IMG/VR virus record: IMGVR_UViG_3300042350_001000
DNA: 64,000 nucleotides
Source: an uncultured virus (IMG/VR IMGVR_UViG_3300042350_001000)
Taxonomy: Duplodnaviria; Heunggongvirae; Uroviricota; Caudoviricetes
Reading direction: 5' to 3' (one strand)
Shown here: in pieces, positions 44,920-52,764 of the stretch
How positions within the stretch are numbered: the first letter of the stretch is position 1
Layout of the letters: each line of letters opens with the position of its first letter
Position numbers and translations under genes: made by a program
Notes under the pieces: model-generated
What the model was told of the DNA's origin: nothing
The model's database searches: none
What the model saw: only the letters and a program-made list of their open reading frames with translations

Positions 44920-45757
44920 GGAACCAGAGCCTCAATCGCGGCTCCGATTCACCGTTTCTTTGCTTCTCGCACAAGAGCATGGCGTCGGGCTCGTCCATCT
45001 GAACGGGCTGGCCAGCTTCTTGCAGTCGTTCTTTTTTCTTGTTGCGCCAGACCATCCAGACGTTATCCACTTGGTCGGCAATCGAGCCTGAGCCCTTCAT
45101 GTCGACCTTTTGCGGGACCTGCTCGTCGGTCTGGCCCTTGCGTATGTGGTGAACGAGGTGGACATGCAGGCCGGTATCGCGTGCGAGGTTTGTGCAGTCC
45201 GAGACAAAGTCCTTTTGCGCATTGAAGTCGTCTTCGCCTGCAACGCACTTCATGAGCGAGTCAACGAAGTAATCCTGGATCTTGTACTGCGTTGCAGCAA
45301 AGTGCCCGACCCCGATGACCGCCTTGCGGTTGACCTCGCCCTGCTTGTCGTAAAACCAAAGCTTGTCGCCGACCCAGCGCGAGAACTCCTCGTACTGCTC
45401 CACCGTTGGAAACCTGGAGTTCGTGAACTGCCGGACCATTCTGGTTAGGGTCGTAACCGGCTTCATCTCAAAGCTTGCAATCAACGCCTTCCTGCCTTGG
45501 CTGATCAGGTGCAGCGCGATCATGCCGGTAATCAGCGACTTGCCTGAGCCATTGTTCCCGGCGTAGACCGTGACCTCGGCATCGCGAAAGGCAAAGCGAT
45601 CCTTAAGCTTGGGCCAGGGCATGAGGACTGGCCTGGGAGGATCGGACCTCAGCAGTTGAATCGCCTCGCTGATCACGTCCTTGGCAGGCTTGACCGTGAC
45701 GGCCGCCTCCATCTGGTGGTACCACTCCAGATAATCGACTTCGGGCATCGGATTCAT
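44852..45757 (-). CDS. DnaB-like (SF4) replicative helicase
   Basis: Walker A AGNNGSGKS, SFEM, VDSL, HHIRK, KGSGSI...DNV, EKQRNG. Confidence 0.85.
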   Translation of the reverse strand: MNPMPEVDYLEWYHQMEAAVTVKPAKDVISEAIQLLRSDPPRPVLMPWPKLKDRFAFRDAEVTVYAGNNGSGKSLITGMIALHLISQGRKALIASFEMKPVTTLTRMVRQFTNSRFPTVEQYEEFSRWVGDKLWFYDKQGEVNRKAVIGVGHFAATQYKIQDYFVDSLMKCVAGEDDFNAQKDFVSDCTNLARDTGLHVHLVHHIRKGQTDEQVPQKVDMKGSGSIADQVDNVWMVWRNKKKERLQEAGQPVQMDEPDAMLLCEKQRNGESEPRLRLWFHAQSQQFVEAAGANPYRFNPDF

Positions 45758-46050
45758 GCGTCCACCTCCGAGTCCCAAATCAGCGCAGGAGACGTTTCTT
45801 CGTAGGTGGCAATGATTCGGGCCGCGCCACAAAGCTTGAGCGCCTCCACGGCCTTAAAAACCGCCTCGGAATCGATTCCCTGAACGTAAACCCTTAGGCC
45901 TCGGGCCCAGCGATAGTCGCGATCGGAGGGGGAAGAGACCACGACCGGGATCGGCAGGGTCGGATCGGGAAGGCCAGAGAAGTCCACAAACACGGCGCGG
46001 GGCGGGGCCTTTTTAAGCTGGCAAGCAATCACGAATTCATGGCCCTTCAT
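45754..46050 (-). CDS. Hypothetical protein between initiator and helicase
   Basis: 98 aa, coupled to both neighbours. Confidence 0.55.
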   Translation of the reverse strand: MKGHEFVIACQLKKAPPRAVFVDFSGLPDPTLPIPVVVSSPSDRDYRWARGLRVYVQGIDSEAVFKAVEALKLCGAARIIATYEETSPALIWDSEVDA

Positions 46051-46739
46051 AACGCACCTGCAAATTGGTCGTCAAGACTGCTTCCGAACTCTTGCTTATC
46101 CCATTCGGCTTTGTAGGTGGTCCAGCCACGCTCACAAACGATACGGATCGCATCAGGGACGGTCCTGCCTTTAGCCAAAGCCTCCCGCTCAATACCAGCC
46201 ATTGAAAGCTTGGTGATGGGAGCCTTCTTGGCCCTGCGAACCAGGATGAAAGCCTGCCAAGCCTCGTCGGTTACCCCCTCCGGCTTATCGACTTGTACGA
46301 AAGAGCTTTTATTTGGTTCTTGGTTCTGGTTCTGGTTATTGGTTGCTATTGGGGTAGCATTGCCCTCCCCAATACCCACCCCATTACCCTCCCTATTGGG
46401 TAGGCCATTGCCACCCTTTTGCTTGGCCTTATCCCACCTAACTTTTGCACCCTTAACACCGCCAAGCTTTTGCTTAATGAACGAAGCAATCTCCTTGTCG
46501 CAGCGCTTGTTCGTGTAGCTGCCGTCTTGCAAAACAAAAAACTCCTCGAGCAGGCCGCGGACCTCCTCGACTGCTGCTGGCATACGGATTAACCGAGCCA
46601 CCTTGGCTGCATCGCTTGGCAACGGCTTTTGGTTGATGTAGTACAGGTCGAGCATGCGCCTGTAAGCAAGATCCTCGGTGTCGCTGAGGTGCGCAGTGTG
46701 GGTCTGATAATCCCCCACATGAAATGGATAGTAGTGCAT
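46047..46739 (-). CDS. Replication initiator, YdaU/DUF1376-like
   Basis: MHYY.FH.GDY...T.HL...E..AYRR.LD.YY..N.RC..EI; C-terminal W..F...R..KKAP.T; upstream of helicase. Confidence 0.8.
   Translation of the reverse strand: MHYYPFHVGDYQTHTAHLSDTEDLAYRRMLDLYYINQKPLPSDAAKVARLIRMPAAVEEVRGLLEEFFVLQDGSYTNKRCDKEIASFIKQKLGGVKGAKVRWDKAKQKGGNGLPNREGNGVGIGEGNATPIATNNQNQNQEPNKSSFVQVDKPEGVTDEAWQAFILVRRAKKAPITKLSMAGIEREALAKGRTVPDAIRIVCERGWTTYKAEWDKQEFGSSLDDQFAGAL
46308..46416. repeat. Putative replication origin: 12-bp-period iterons plus A-rich tract within the initiator gene
   Basis: Minus-strand units GGGTGGCAATGG, CCTACCCAATAG, GGAGGGTAATGG, GGTGGGTATTGG, GGAGGGCAATGC, TACCCCAATAGC, followed by AACCAG/AACCAA repeats. 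Confidence 0.55.
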
Positions 46740-46777
46740 TCAACCCTCGTCAAAGGCTTGTAATCGTCACTGAAGCT

Positions 46778-46833
46778 GGGCCGTGGCAGGGGGGTGACGA
46801 ATCCCCTCTTCGGTAGCTAACCTAGCCATGCCC
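46778..46833 (-). ncRNA. Structured RNA element (three-way junction), C4/CI-antisense-like
   Basis: Outer stem GGGC/GCCC and TGGC/GCCA, inner hairpins GGT-TAGCT-ACC and GGGG-ATTCGTCA-CCCC; intergenic, upstream of the initiator. Confidence 0.5.
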
Positions 46834-46845
46834 TTTGAATGGTAC

Positions 46846-47121
46846 TTAGTGTGTCGTTGGTTTGCAATCGGTCAAAGCGACTCGGATTGCGTCGCTAATA
46901 GTGCTGACGATCTCCTCTAAACCCTTGTAACCACGGCGCTCGTACTCTTGCGTGCAATTTATCAACAGCATGTTCAAGGCCGAATATTGAAAAACCATAG
47001 CTGCAAAATCGTCGCTCGTTGCCTTCGAAAGCTTTTCAATGTTCTCGAGCGTGCGGTCGATAAGCACATCGGCGTACTGAACCACCTGCTGGTACTTCGC
47101 TTCTAAATTTTCAGCGGCCAT
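46846..47121 (-). CDS. Hypothetical helical protein
   Basis: 91 aa after Cro, ends PTTH. Confidence 0.55.
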   Translation of the reverse strand: MAAENLEAKYQQVVQYADVLIDRTLENIEKLSKATSDDFAAMVFQYSALNMLLINCTQEYERRGYKGLEEIVSTISDAIRVALTDCKPTTH

Positions 47122-47282
47122 ACAACCCCCTTCTCGTGTAGCCGCGGCATGAGCATCATGAGCCGATGCAGCGGGATCTTCCCCGTTTTGATGTAGTGGT
47201 GGACCGTGCTTGGAGCCACCCCCAGGTACCGAGCGACTGCCCTGGTACCGCCTAGCGTTTTGATCATCTCTCTTGTATCCAT
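47103..47282 (-). CDS. Cro-like HTH repressor
   Basis: I..LGG..AVA..LGV....V..Y...G.IP..R. Confidence 0.75.
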   Translation of the reverse strand: MDTREMIKTLGGTRAVARYLGVAPSTVHHYIKTGKIPLHRLMMLMPRLHEKGVVWPLKI

Positions 47283-47331
47283 GGCGTTAGAGTAACCGAA
47301 CAAAGAGGGTTACGCAACCCAGGGTTTCAAC
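47283..47331 (-). promoter_or_regulatory. Leftward sigma70-like promoter (likely leaderless) with overlapping operator
   Basis: TTGCGT (47317-47312) - 17 nt - TACTCT (47294-47289) - 6 nt - ATG; operator-like CGCAACCCAGGGTTTCAAC at 47313-47331. Confidence 0.6.
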
Positions 47332-47537
47332 GGTTGCGAATAAAGGCGAACATAGGGGCGGACAGGGGGCGGACAGGGTGGGGAGTATTAGGAGATCAAT
47401 GTTCTAAACTGGATCATGACTTCTCCTATGAGAGACCGGCTAAAAGCGCATAATCGCAGTGGATTTGGCCTGAACAATGCGCGACTTTTCGGACCGGACT
47501 TTCTCGTTAGTGTCCACTGGCGTCCAATAGCGTCCAC

Positions 47538-47628
47538 CGCAACCCAGGGTTACAACACCGCTTGACAAGGGTGTTCGATATATCTAACATCTTCGATACG
47601 GCGTTTTGCCGTGAGAAAAGGAGAAACG
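47538..47628 (+). promoter_or_regulatory. Rightward sigma70 promoter, operator and hairpin leader
   Basis: CGCAACCCAGGGTTACAAC (47538-47556), TTGACA (47562) - 17 nt - TAACAT (47585), then ACGGC-GTTTT-GCCGT-GAGAAAAGGAGAAAC. Confidence 0.75.
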
Positions 47629-47790
47629 ATGGAAGACGATTTTTGGTACCAGCAGCAAATGGAAGAACGTGAGCAACGATTGGAAGACGCTTACGAACGT
47701 GCCCGAGCAGGTCTTGCAGATGAAGAAGACTGGGCTGTTTTGCGTTACGAACTTGGACTACGAAAGGAAAGAGATGCTACTCAAAGCTGA
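47629..47790 (+). CDS. Small acidic early protein (53 aa)
   Basis: MEDDFWYQQQMEEREQRLEDAYER...; strong AGGAG RBS; below the ORF-track cutoff. Confidence 0.65.
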   Translation: MEDDFWYQQQMEEREQRLEDAYERARAGLADEEDWAVLRYELGLRKERDATQS

Positions 47791-48406
47791 AGCTAATACC
47801 GGTTTTACACCCACCCCTCCAGGCGTCTACATGGGACGCTGCTACCGGATCATTGATCTCGGCACGCAAGAAACGACTTGGCAGGGCAAGATCAAACACC
47901 AGCGCAAGGTCCTGCTGTCCTGGGAGATCCATGGCGAGGACGATACTGGCAAACCCCTTTTAACGGACGATGGCAGGCCTTTGATGGCCAGCAAGCGGTT
48001 TACTGCCAGCCTCGGCGAAAAAGCGGCTCTACGGGCCTTTCTTGAGTCCTGGAGGGGCAGGCCCTTTAGCGACGCCGAACTGAATGGCTTTGCTATCAAG
48101 TCGCTGCTTGGCCAGTGGGGCATGATCAACATCACCCAAGAGACTCGAGACGGCAAGACCTACTCGAACGTCGCAACCGTCATGCCGCTGCCACCAGCGC
48201 TTCGCAAGGTCCTGCCTGCTGGCCATAACGCACTCGGGATCTTCTCGATGGACCAGTTCGAGCCCGACATGATGGACCTCTTCAACAGCTTCGGCAAAGG
48301 CCTCCAGGACGTCATCAAGGCTTCGCCCGAGTGGGCCGCCTTGCATGAGCTTCCTGCTAAGCAGGCTACGTCTCTTGCTGATACTGACGACGACATTCCG
48401 TTTTAA
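47774..48406 (+). CDS. Single-stranded DNA-binding-like protein
   Basis: PPG.Y.GRC..IIDLGTQ, SL.EKA.LR..LE.WRG, acidic tail DTDDDIPF; ATG 47774 preferred over the track start. Confidence 0.7.
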   Translation: MLLKAEANTGFTPTPPGVYMGRCYRIIDLGTQETTWQGKIKHQRKVLLSWEIHGEDDTGKPLLTDDGRPLMASKRFTASLGEKAALRAFLESWRGRPFSDAELNGFAIKSLLGQWGMINITQETRDGKTYSNVATVMPLPPALRKVLPAGHNALGIFSMDQFEPDMMDLFNSFGKGLQDVIKASPEWAALHELPAKQATSLADTDDDIPF

Positions 48407-48425
48407 TTTTAATTAAGGAAGACAC

Positions 48426-48647
48426 ATGGAAACCAAAATTATTCCTGCGGGTAGCCGCTTAGCCGAAAAGCATCTGATGATCGCTTATCAGCGCGGTGAT
48501 GTAATGGCCGTACCAAGCTTTAAGAAAGCTGATGTTTACGTCCTTCCCGGCCACATTGAGACGAGCGCTGAAGAGCTTGTATTCAACGGGTTTACCCCGA
48601 AGGTCACGCCCCTTTGGTCGCGCTTTTGGGTCGAGGTGCAGTCATGA
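48426..48647 (+). CDS. Hypothetical protein
   Basis: 73 aa, AAGGA RBS. Confidence 0.55.
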   Translation: METKIIPAGSRLAEKHLMIAYQRGDVMAVPSFKKADVYVLPGHIETSAEELVFNGFTPKVTPLWSRFWVEVQS

Positions 48648-48937
48648 AAAAGCGCAAACCCATGAGCGAAGAGTCAAAGGCCAGGATCAGGGAAGGCGCT
48701 AAAAAGCGCTGGGCCGAATATCGGAGGATGAAAGAGTCTAAGACGACCATTCCCTACGAATTGTTCAAGCAGGCCCAAAACTTGGCCGCGGGGAAAAAGG
48801 AGGAGCCTGTGGCTTACATGCTGAAGGCCCCCGGTGGCGATCAGTTCCTGGTTACGAAGATCGGCGAACATTTCCGTAATTTCTTGAAAGACAATGGCTT
48901 TGAGATTTGGGCCGTCAGTCTGTCGAAAAAGCTATGA
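48644..48937 (+). CDS. Hypothetical basic protein
   Basis: MSEESKARI....KKRWA basic helix; EPVAY motif. Confidence 0.5.
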   Translation: MKKRKPMSEESKARIREGAKKRWAEYRRMKESKTTIPYELFKQAQNLAAGKKEEPVAYMLKAPGGDQFLVTKIGEHFRNFLKDNGFEIWAVSLSKKL

Positions 48938-49683
48938 TCATCAATACCAAGACGGCCGAGTCTGGCCACTGGTATACCAAGGAGGGTAAGCCTGCTTACA
49001 CCATTGTCGGGAGTAACGGCAAGGTGCGCAACACGACCCTCCGGGATGCCAAAAAGCTCAAGCTTTTGCCCTCAGTCACGACGGTCATGTCGGTGGCTGC
49101 AAAGCCTGGATTGGAGGCCTGGAAGCAACAGCAGTTGCTTTTAGCGTCTCTTACCCTACCCAAGGGTGAGCAGGAGAGCCTCGAGGACTATGCCAAGCGA
49201 GTGCTCGAGGACTCCCGCAAGCAAACCAGGGATGCAGCCGACCGAGGTACGGCCATTCACGCTGAGATACAGGCCTTCTACGAGGGCGATCTCGAGAAGA
49301 TGAATGTTCCATATGTCCGCAGGGCGGTTGGCGCCATACAGAGCCATTTTGGGGACCGGACGTGGATCTCTGAGGCGTCATTCGCTGCAACCCATGGCTA
49401 CGGCGGGAAGGTCGATCTGCACTGCCATGACACGGTCATCGACATCAAGACCAAGGAGTTCGCTCCGGGCGACAAGGTGGCGCTGTTTGATGACCATTAC
49501 ATGCAGTTAGCGGCCTATGCGGTGGGGCTCAAGATCCACCCGCCCCGGTGCGCAAACGTGTTCGTTTCGGTTATCGACCCTCACCCAGTCATTGTCCTGG
49601 AGCACGACCCCAAGGACATCCAGAGGGGCTGGGAAATGTTCCTGGCACTGCTTAACTTTTGGAAAATAAGGAGCAACGTATGA
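48934..49683 (+). CDS. PD-(D/E)XK exonuclease (recombination nuclease)
   Basis: PSVTT, RGTAIH, E.......GYGGKVD, IDIKT, QLAAY. Confidence 0.85.
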   Translation: MIINTKTAESGHWYTKEGKPAYTIVGSNGKVRNTTLRDAKKLKLLPSVTTVMSVAAKPGLEAWKQQQLLLASLTLPKGEQESLEDYAKRVLEDSRKQTRDAADRGTAIHAEIQAFYEGDLEKMNVPYVRRAVGAIQSHFGDRTWISEASFAATHGYGGKVDLHCHDTVIDIKTKEFAPGDKVALFDDHYMQLAAYAVGLKIHPPRCANVFVSVIDPHPVIVLEHDPKDIQRGWEMFLALLNFWKIRSNV

Positions 49684-50159
49684 GCATGGAAGAGAAGGTG
49701 GTGCGAAGCATCACGAAGACGCTGGATCAAATGAATATGGCCTATTTGGTATGCGGCGAACACGGTGAACTTATCAGCAACGACTTTCCAATTGAGGCGC
49801 TTATAAGGGCGCTTAAGGCCATGGAAGCCGATTTTGAAATTAGGTACCAAGGAGAGCATTACATCAACAAAGAGCGGTTTGGCCGCAATATGATTTACAA
49901 GGAATTGATTGACGTCTTCGCCGAAATCAAGCCTGGGGAAATGATCATGGTCAAAATCCCTGAGCACTTGGATTTTGAAAAGGCCAAGGCAAGTATCGTC
50001 AATCACTTTAGGCGCCGTTTTCACCCCACGGTAAACACGCACAAGGTAGGCAACTCGCCAGACGATCGCCGATTGCAGGTTTATGTTGCGCCAATAATCA
50101 CCGAGGAGGAAAAGCCCCTCACCAAGTTCCAGGAGTTCATGGAGGAGCTTAAGCCATAG
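49680..50159 (+). CDS. Hypothetical protein
   Basis: Coupled to the nuclease stop; GGAG RBS; weak resemblance to 51341..51697. Confidence 0.55.
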   Translation: MSMEEKVVRSITKTLDQMNMAYLVCGEHGELISNDFPIEALIRALKAMEADFEIRYQGEHYINKERFGRNMIYKELIDVFAEIKPGEMIMVKIPEHLDFEKAKASIVNHFRRRFHPTVNTHKVGNSPDDRRLQVYVAPIITEEEKPLTKFQEFMEELKP

Positions 50160-50192
50160 CCATTCATCGGTCTGACGAACGGTAGCTGTTTT

Positions 50193-50213
50193 AGGGGGTT
50201 TATCCCCCTTTTT
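50193..50213 (+). terminator. Intrinsic terminator
   Basis: AGGGGG-TTTAT-CCCCCT followed by TTTT. Confidence 0.7.
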
Positions 50214-50216
50214 CAT

Positions 50217-50285
50217 TTGACAGGTGGATAAATAAAGAGTCAAATACACCTACTGCGACGTGCAGTGAGAAACCGGAGAAACAGT
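50217..50285 (+). promoter_or_regulatory. Putative promoter with conserved hairpin leader
   Basis: TTGACA at 50217, weak -10, GGATAAA box, then ACTGC-GACGT-GCAGT-GAGAAACCGGAGAAAC. Confidence 0.6.
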
Positions 50286-50579
50286 ATGAAAAACGAAGCA
50301 GCAGTAATCGAAGCAGCAAGCATCGATCAACTCGGTGCCCTCTTGGCTCAGATCGCCGACCTGCAAAAGCAAGCCGATGCAATCAAGGACGCAATCAAGG
50401 ATTCGGCCTCGGCAGGTGGTGCTAAGTCGATCGAGGGTAGCCTCTTCAAGGCAACCTACATTGAGTCCGACCGCTCGGTGTTTGACAAGGCAGCCTTCGT
50501 TAAGGCTTTTGGTACCGAAGTGTACGAGCACTTCACCAAGACGACCGCCGTGTTCTCGGTCAAAGTCACCAGCCGCTAA
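50286..50579 (+). CDS. Hypothetical early protein
   Basis: DQLG.L.AQIA.L...A..IK...EG.LFKA...VKVTSR; GGAG RBS. Confidence 0.65.
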   Translation: MKNEAAVIEAASIDQLGALLAQIADLQKQADAIKDAIKDSASAGGAKSIEGSLFKATYIESDRSVFDKAAFVKAFGTEVYEHFTKTTAVFSVKVTSR

Positions 50580-50592
50580 CCAGGATATTCAC

Positions 50593-50856
50593 ATGAAAAA
50601 AATCGCGCCAAAATCTTTGTATATCGGCCAACTGGTCGTTCTCAACAAGCACACTGAGGCTCAGGTCTACACGATTGCCGAGATCGAAGACTTTACGGTC
50701 ACGCTTATGTGGTACGAGGGCAAGCGGCTTTGCGTGAATGTATGGGACTCAAGCCGCTTTTTTTACCCGGACCTCGAGCAGATCGAGTACAGCATCAACA
50801 GCAACGGCCGTCTCGCTACCGTCCGTGACCGCATGGAAGCACGTTTAACAGCTTAA
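50593..50856 (+). CDS. Hypothetical protein (small beta-barrel-like)
   Basis: MKKIAPKSLYIGQLV...; AGGA RBS. Confidence 0.55.
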   Translation: MKKIAPKSLYIGQLVVLNKHTEAQVYTIAEIEDFTVTLMWYEGKRLCVNVWDSSRFFYPDLEQIEYSINSNGRLATVRDRMEARLTA

Positions 50857-50861
50857 TAACC

Positions 50862-50877
50862 GGGGGCTTCGGCCCCC
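50862..50877 (+). terminator. cUUCGg hairpin
   Basis: GGGGGC-TTCG-GCCCCC without a U tract. Confidence 0.5.
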
Positions 50878-50893
50878 TAACTAGGAGAACATC

Positions 50894-51172
50894 ATGGAAG
50901 AGTTTCAAGCAATGGATAACGTCATAAGCCGCTTCTTCGGCAACACCACAACGCAAAGCAGAAAGCGCGAACCACGGGCGATGTACACGTCAATGTCGGT
51001 GCATAACATTGTGTCGGTCATCATTTCAAAGCCGGAGCTACTTGAGAAAGCAGACTGCCAAACCATGGACATTACCTTCGTTGCGGAGAATGGCGAACGG
51101 GTCCGAATCGTGATATTCGGCGACAACATCGACGTCGTAAGGAGTGAAAATGAAGATCCAAGTGCGGCATGA
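50894..51172 (+). CDS. Hypothetical protein
   Basis: AGGAG RBS, 92 aa. Confidence 0.55.
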   Translation: MEEFQAMDNVISRFFGNTTTQSRKREPRAMYTSMSVHNIVSVIISKPELLEKADCQTMDITFVAENGERVRIVIFGDNIDVVRSENEDPSAA

Positions 51173-51344
51173 CCCAACCCCCCTGGACACGCGCTCGTAT
51201 GACTGGCGTGCTGTTCAGGATGGTTACCAACAGGGTGATCGGATCGGCTGGGGGCGGACCAAGCTCCAGGCCATTCGAGACCTGCTTATCCAACTTGAGA
51301 TGGACCCCGACACAAAGGTGTCGGTTAAGGAGATAAAGACATGA
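51144..51344 (+). CDS. Hypothetical protein
   Basis: P....R..DW.A..D.Y..G..IG.G.T...AI.DL. Confidence 0.55.
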   Translation: MKMKIQVRHDPTPLDTRSYDWRAVQDGYQQGDRIGWGRTKLQAIRDLLIQLEMDPDTKVSVKEIKT

Positions 51345-51697
51345 GCATGCCAGAGATCGTAAAGCGCACGATTCAGCAAGCCATCAAACTGCTTGATGCG
51401 TCAGGCGTTAAGTACAAAATTATTGACCTGGACGGGAATGAATTTGGTACGTTGACTGTTTCCAACCCTAAAAAGACAAACAAAAACTATGTACATCCGC
51501 CGGGAACGATGTTTCGTTACTACCATCCTTTAATAAAAAACATGCAGGTCGGTGATGTTGTGGTTATTGAGTCAGGTGAGTTTGCCCCCAAAAGCCTTCA
51601 AGGGGCGCTCACTTCATGGGCTACGGCACAGTGGGGAAAAGGGTCCTACAAGACCTGCATCATTGAGTCCAATATTGAAATTCTTCGCTGTGCATAG
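51341..51697 (+). CDS. Hypothetical protein
   Basis: 118 aa, GGAG RBS, coupled. Confidence 0.6.
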   Translation: MSMPEIVKRTIQQAIKLLDASGVKYKIIDLDGNEFGTLTVSNPKKTNKNYVHPPGTMFRYYHPLIKNMQVGDVVVIESGEFAPKSLQGALTSWATAQWGKGSYKTCIIESNIEILRCA

Positions 51698-51705
51698 GAG
51701 GGATC

Positions 51706-51915
51706 ATGGGAGAAATGAACCCCGGCCTTCGCGTGCGTGTCGGTAAGAAGCTTGGCATTCTTGAACACCTTCACCCCGACGGGACCTGCGCAATCCGATT
51801 GATTACCGAAAACGAGTGGCCGTTTCCCGAGTGGGTTTACGTCCACCAGTCGCAAGTTAAACGAGCCTACCAACCAAAAAGGAACCTAGATGAGTACGAA
51901 GAAGCCCCCTACTGA
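51706..51915 (+). CDS. Hypothetical protein (SH3-like)
   Basis: AGGAGG RBS; WPFP motif; ends EEAPY. Confidence 0.5.
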   Translation: MGEMNPGLRVRVGKKLGILEHLHPDGTCAIRLITENEWPFPEWVYVHQSQVKRAYQPKRNLDEYEEAPY

Positions 51916-52084
51916 CCGGTTCGATATGTTCGCCGCTGCTGCCCTTCAAGGTTTGCTTGCCGGTGGCATATCGAACTACAACAAACCCGACGGCAGCCCG
52001 ATTGCCAGTCGAGCAGACCTTGCCGAAGTTTGCTTTTCCTACGCGAAATTTATGGTGGAACATGATCCAGATCAACTCAAATAG
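51890..52084 (+). CDS. Small phage protein (D.FAA.ALQGLLA family)
   Basis: FD.FAAAALQGLLA...A.....YA..M. Confidence 0.55.
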   Translation: MSTKKPPTDRFDMFAAAALQGLLAGGISNYNKPDGSPIASRADLAEVCFSYAKFMVEHDPDQLK

Positions 52085-52223
52085 CAAGCAGGTGATTCTC
52101 GAGACCGAGACCTTCCCGGTCCAGTTCTTCGGGGGCTGGGACGAGGTCAACGAGTTCATCGACGCCCTTCAGAAAGTAGCCATGGAGACCTTTGGCAAGC
52201 CCTGGGAGAGCAATCATGGATGA
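52062..52223 (+). CDS. Hypothetical protein
   Basis: MIQINSN...EVNEFIDALQKVA.E.FG. Confidence 0.45.
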   Translation: MIQINSNSKQVILETETFPVQFFGGWDEVNEFIDALQKVAMETFGKPWESNHG

Positions 52224-52560
52224 ACGGATATACGACTCCAGACCGAACGTGGTCGACCGCTGGAGGCAGTTTCCGCAGCCCCACGACCCCAAGCGAACTG
52301 AACCTCTTGTTTCACCGAACTTCACCCCACCATCGGAGGACCCGTACTATGTCAACAAATGGACAAAATTCCGCGAAGAAAACGCGACGGGCGCGTGGTT
52401 TGAGCGGCAGAGAATTGATCGACAACGTAGCGAAAGCGGAGCTATGGAGACTGAGGCAGATCGAGGTGATGTACTTCGCCCTGCAAATGGCGATCGTCGA
52501 GAAGACCGAGCTAAAAGACCGCATCGAAAAGCTTCAACCCGACCATCCGATGGAGCTTGA
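52216..52560 (+). CDS. Hypothetical protein
   Basis: GGAG RBS; V..RWR...F.PPSEDP...KW; 3' part overlaps the next ORF. Confidence 0.45.
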   Translation: MDERIYDSRPNVVDRWRQFPQPHDPKRTEPLVSPNFTPPSEDPYYVNKWTKFREENATGAWFERQRIDRQRSESGAMETEADRGDVLRPANGDRREDRAKRPHRKASTRPSDGA

Positions 52561-52612
52561 TCACATTATTCAGGACTACATAAGCGAACGGGTCTCGAGA
52601 GTCGCGCATTGA
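52349..52612 (+). CDS. Hypothetical helical protein
   Basis: GGAGG upstream of ATG 52349; amphipathic helices. Confidence 0.45.
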   Translation: MSTNGQNSAKKTRRARGLSGRELIDNVAKAELWRLRQIEVMYFALQMAIVEKTELKDRIEKLQPDHPMELDHIIQDYISERVSRVAH

Positions 52613-52764
52613 AGGATTACGACCCCTTTCCCGAGATTACAAAGGCGTACCAGGAAGCCAAGCTTGCCGTGCAAAAGAACACCGACGTGGACTATGCACT
52701 ACGCAAGCTTGCCCTAGTCGTGCTCGAACTTCGACTGCAAAAACAGAAAGAGAAAACGAAATGA
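52609..52764 (+). CDS. Small helical protein (TTG start)
   Basis: Fills the gap, coupled on both sides. Confidence 0.4.
   Translation: MKDYDPFPEITKAYQEAKLAVQKNTDVDYALRKLALVVLELRLQKQKEKTK

Noticed and set aside
46778..46833. Possible tRNA
   Set aside because: Only 56 nt with two inner arms; lacks canonical D/anticodon/T-arm layout.
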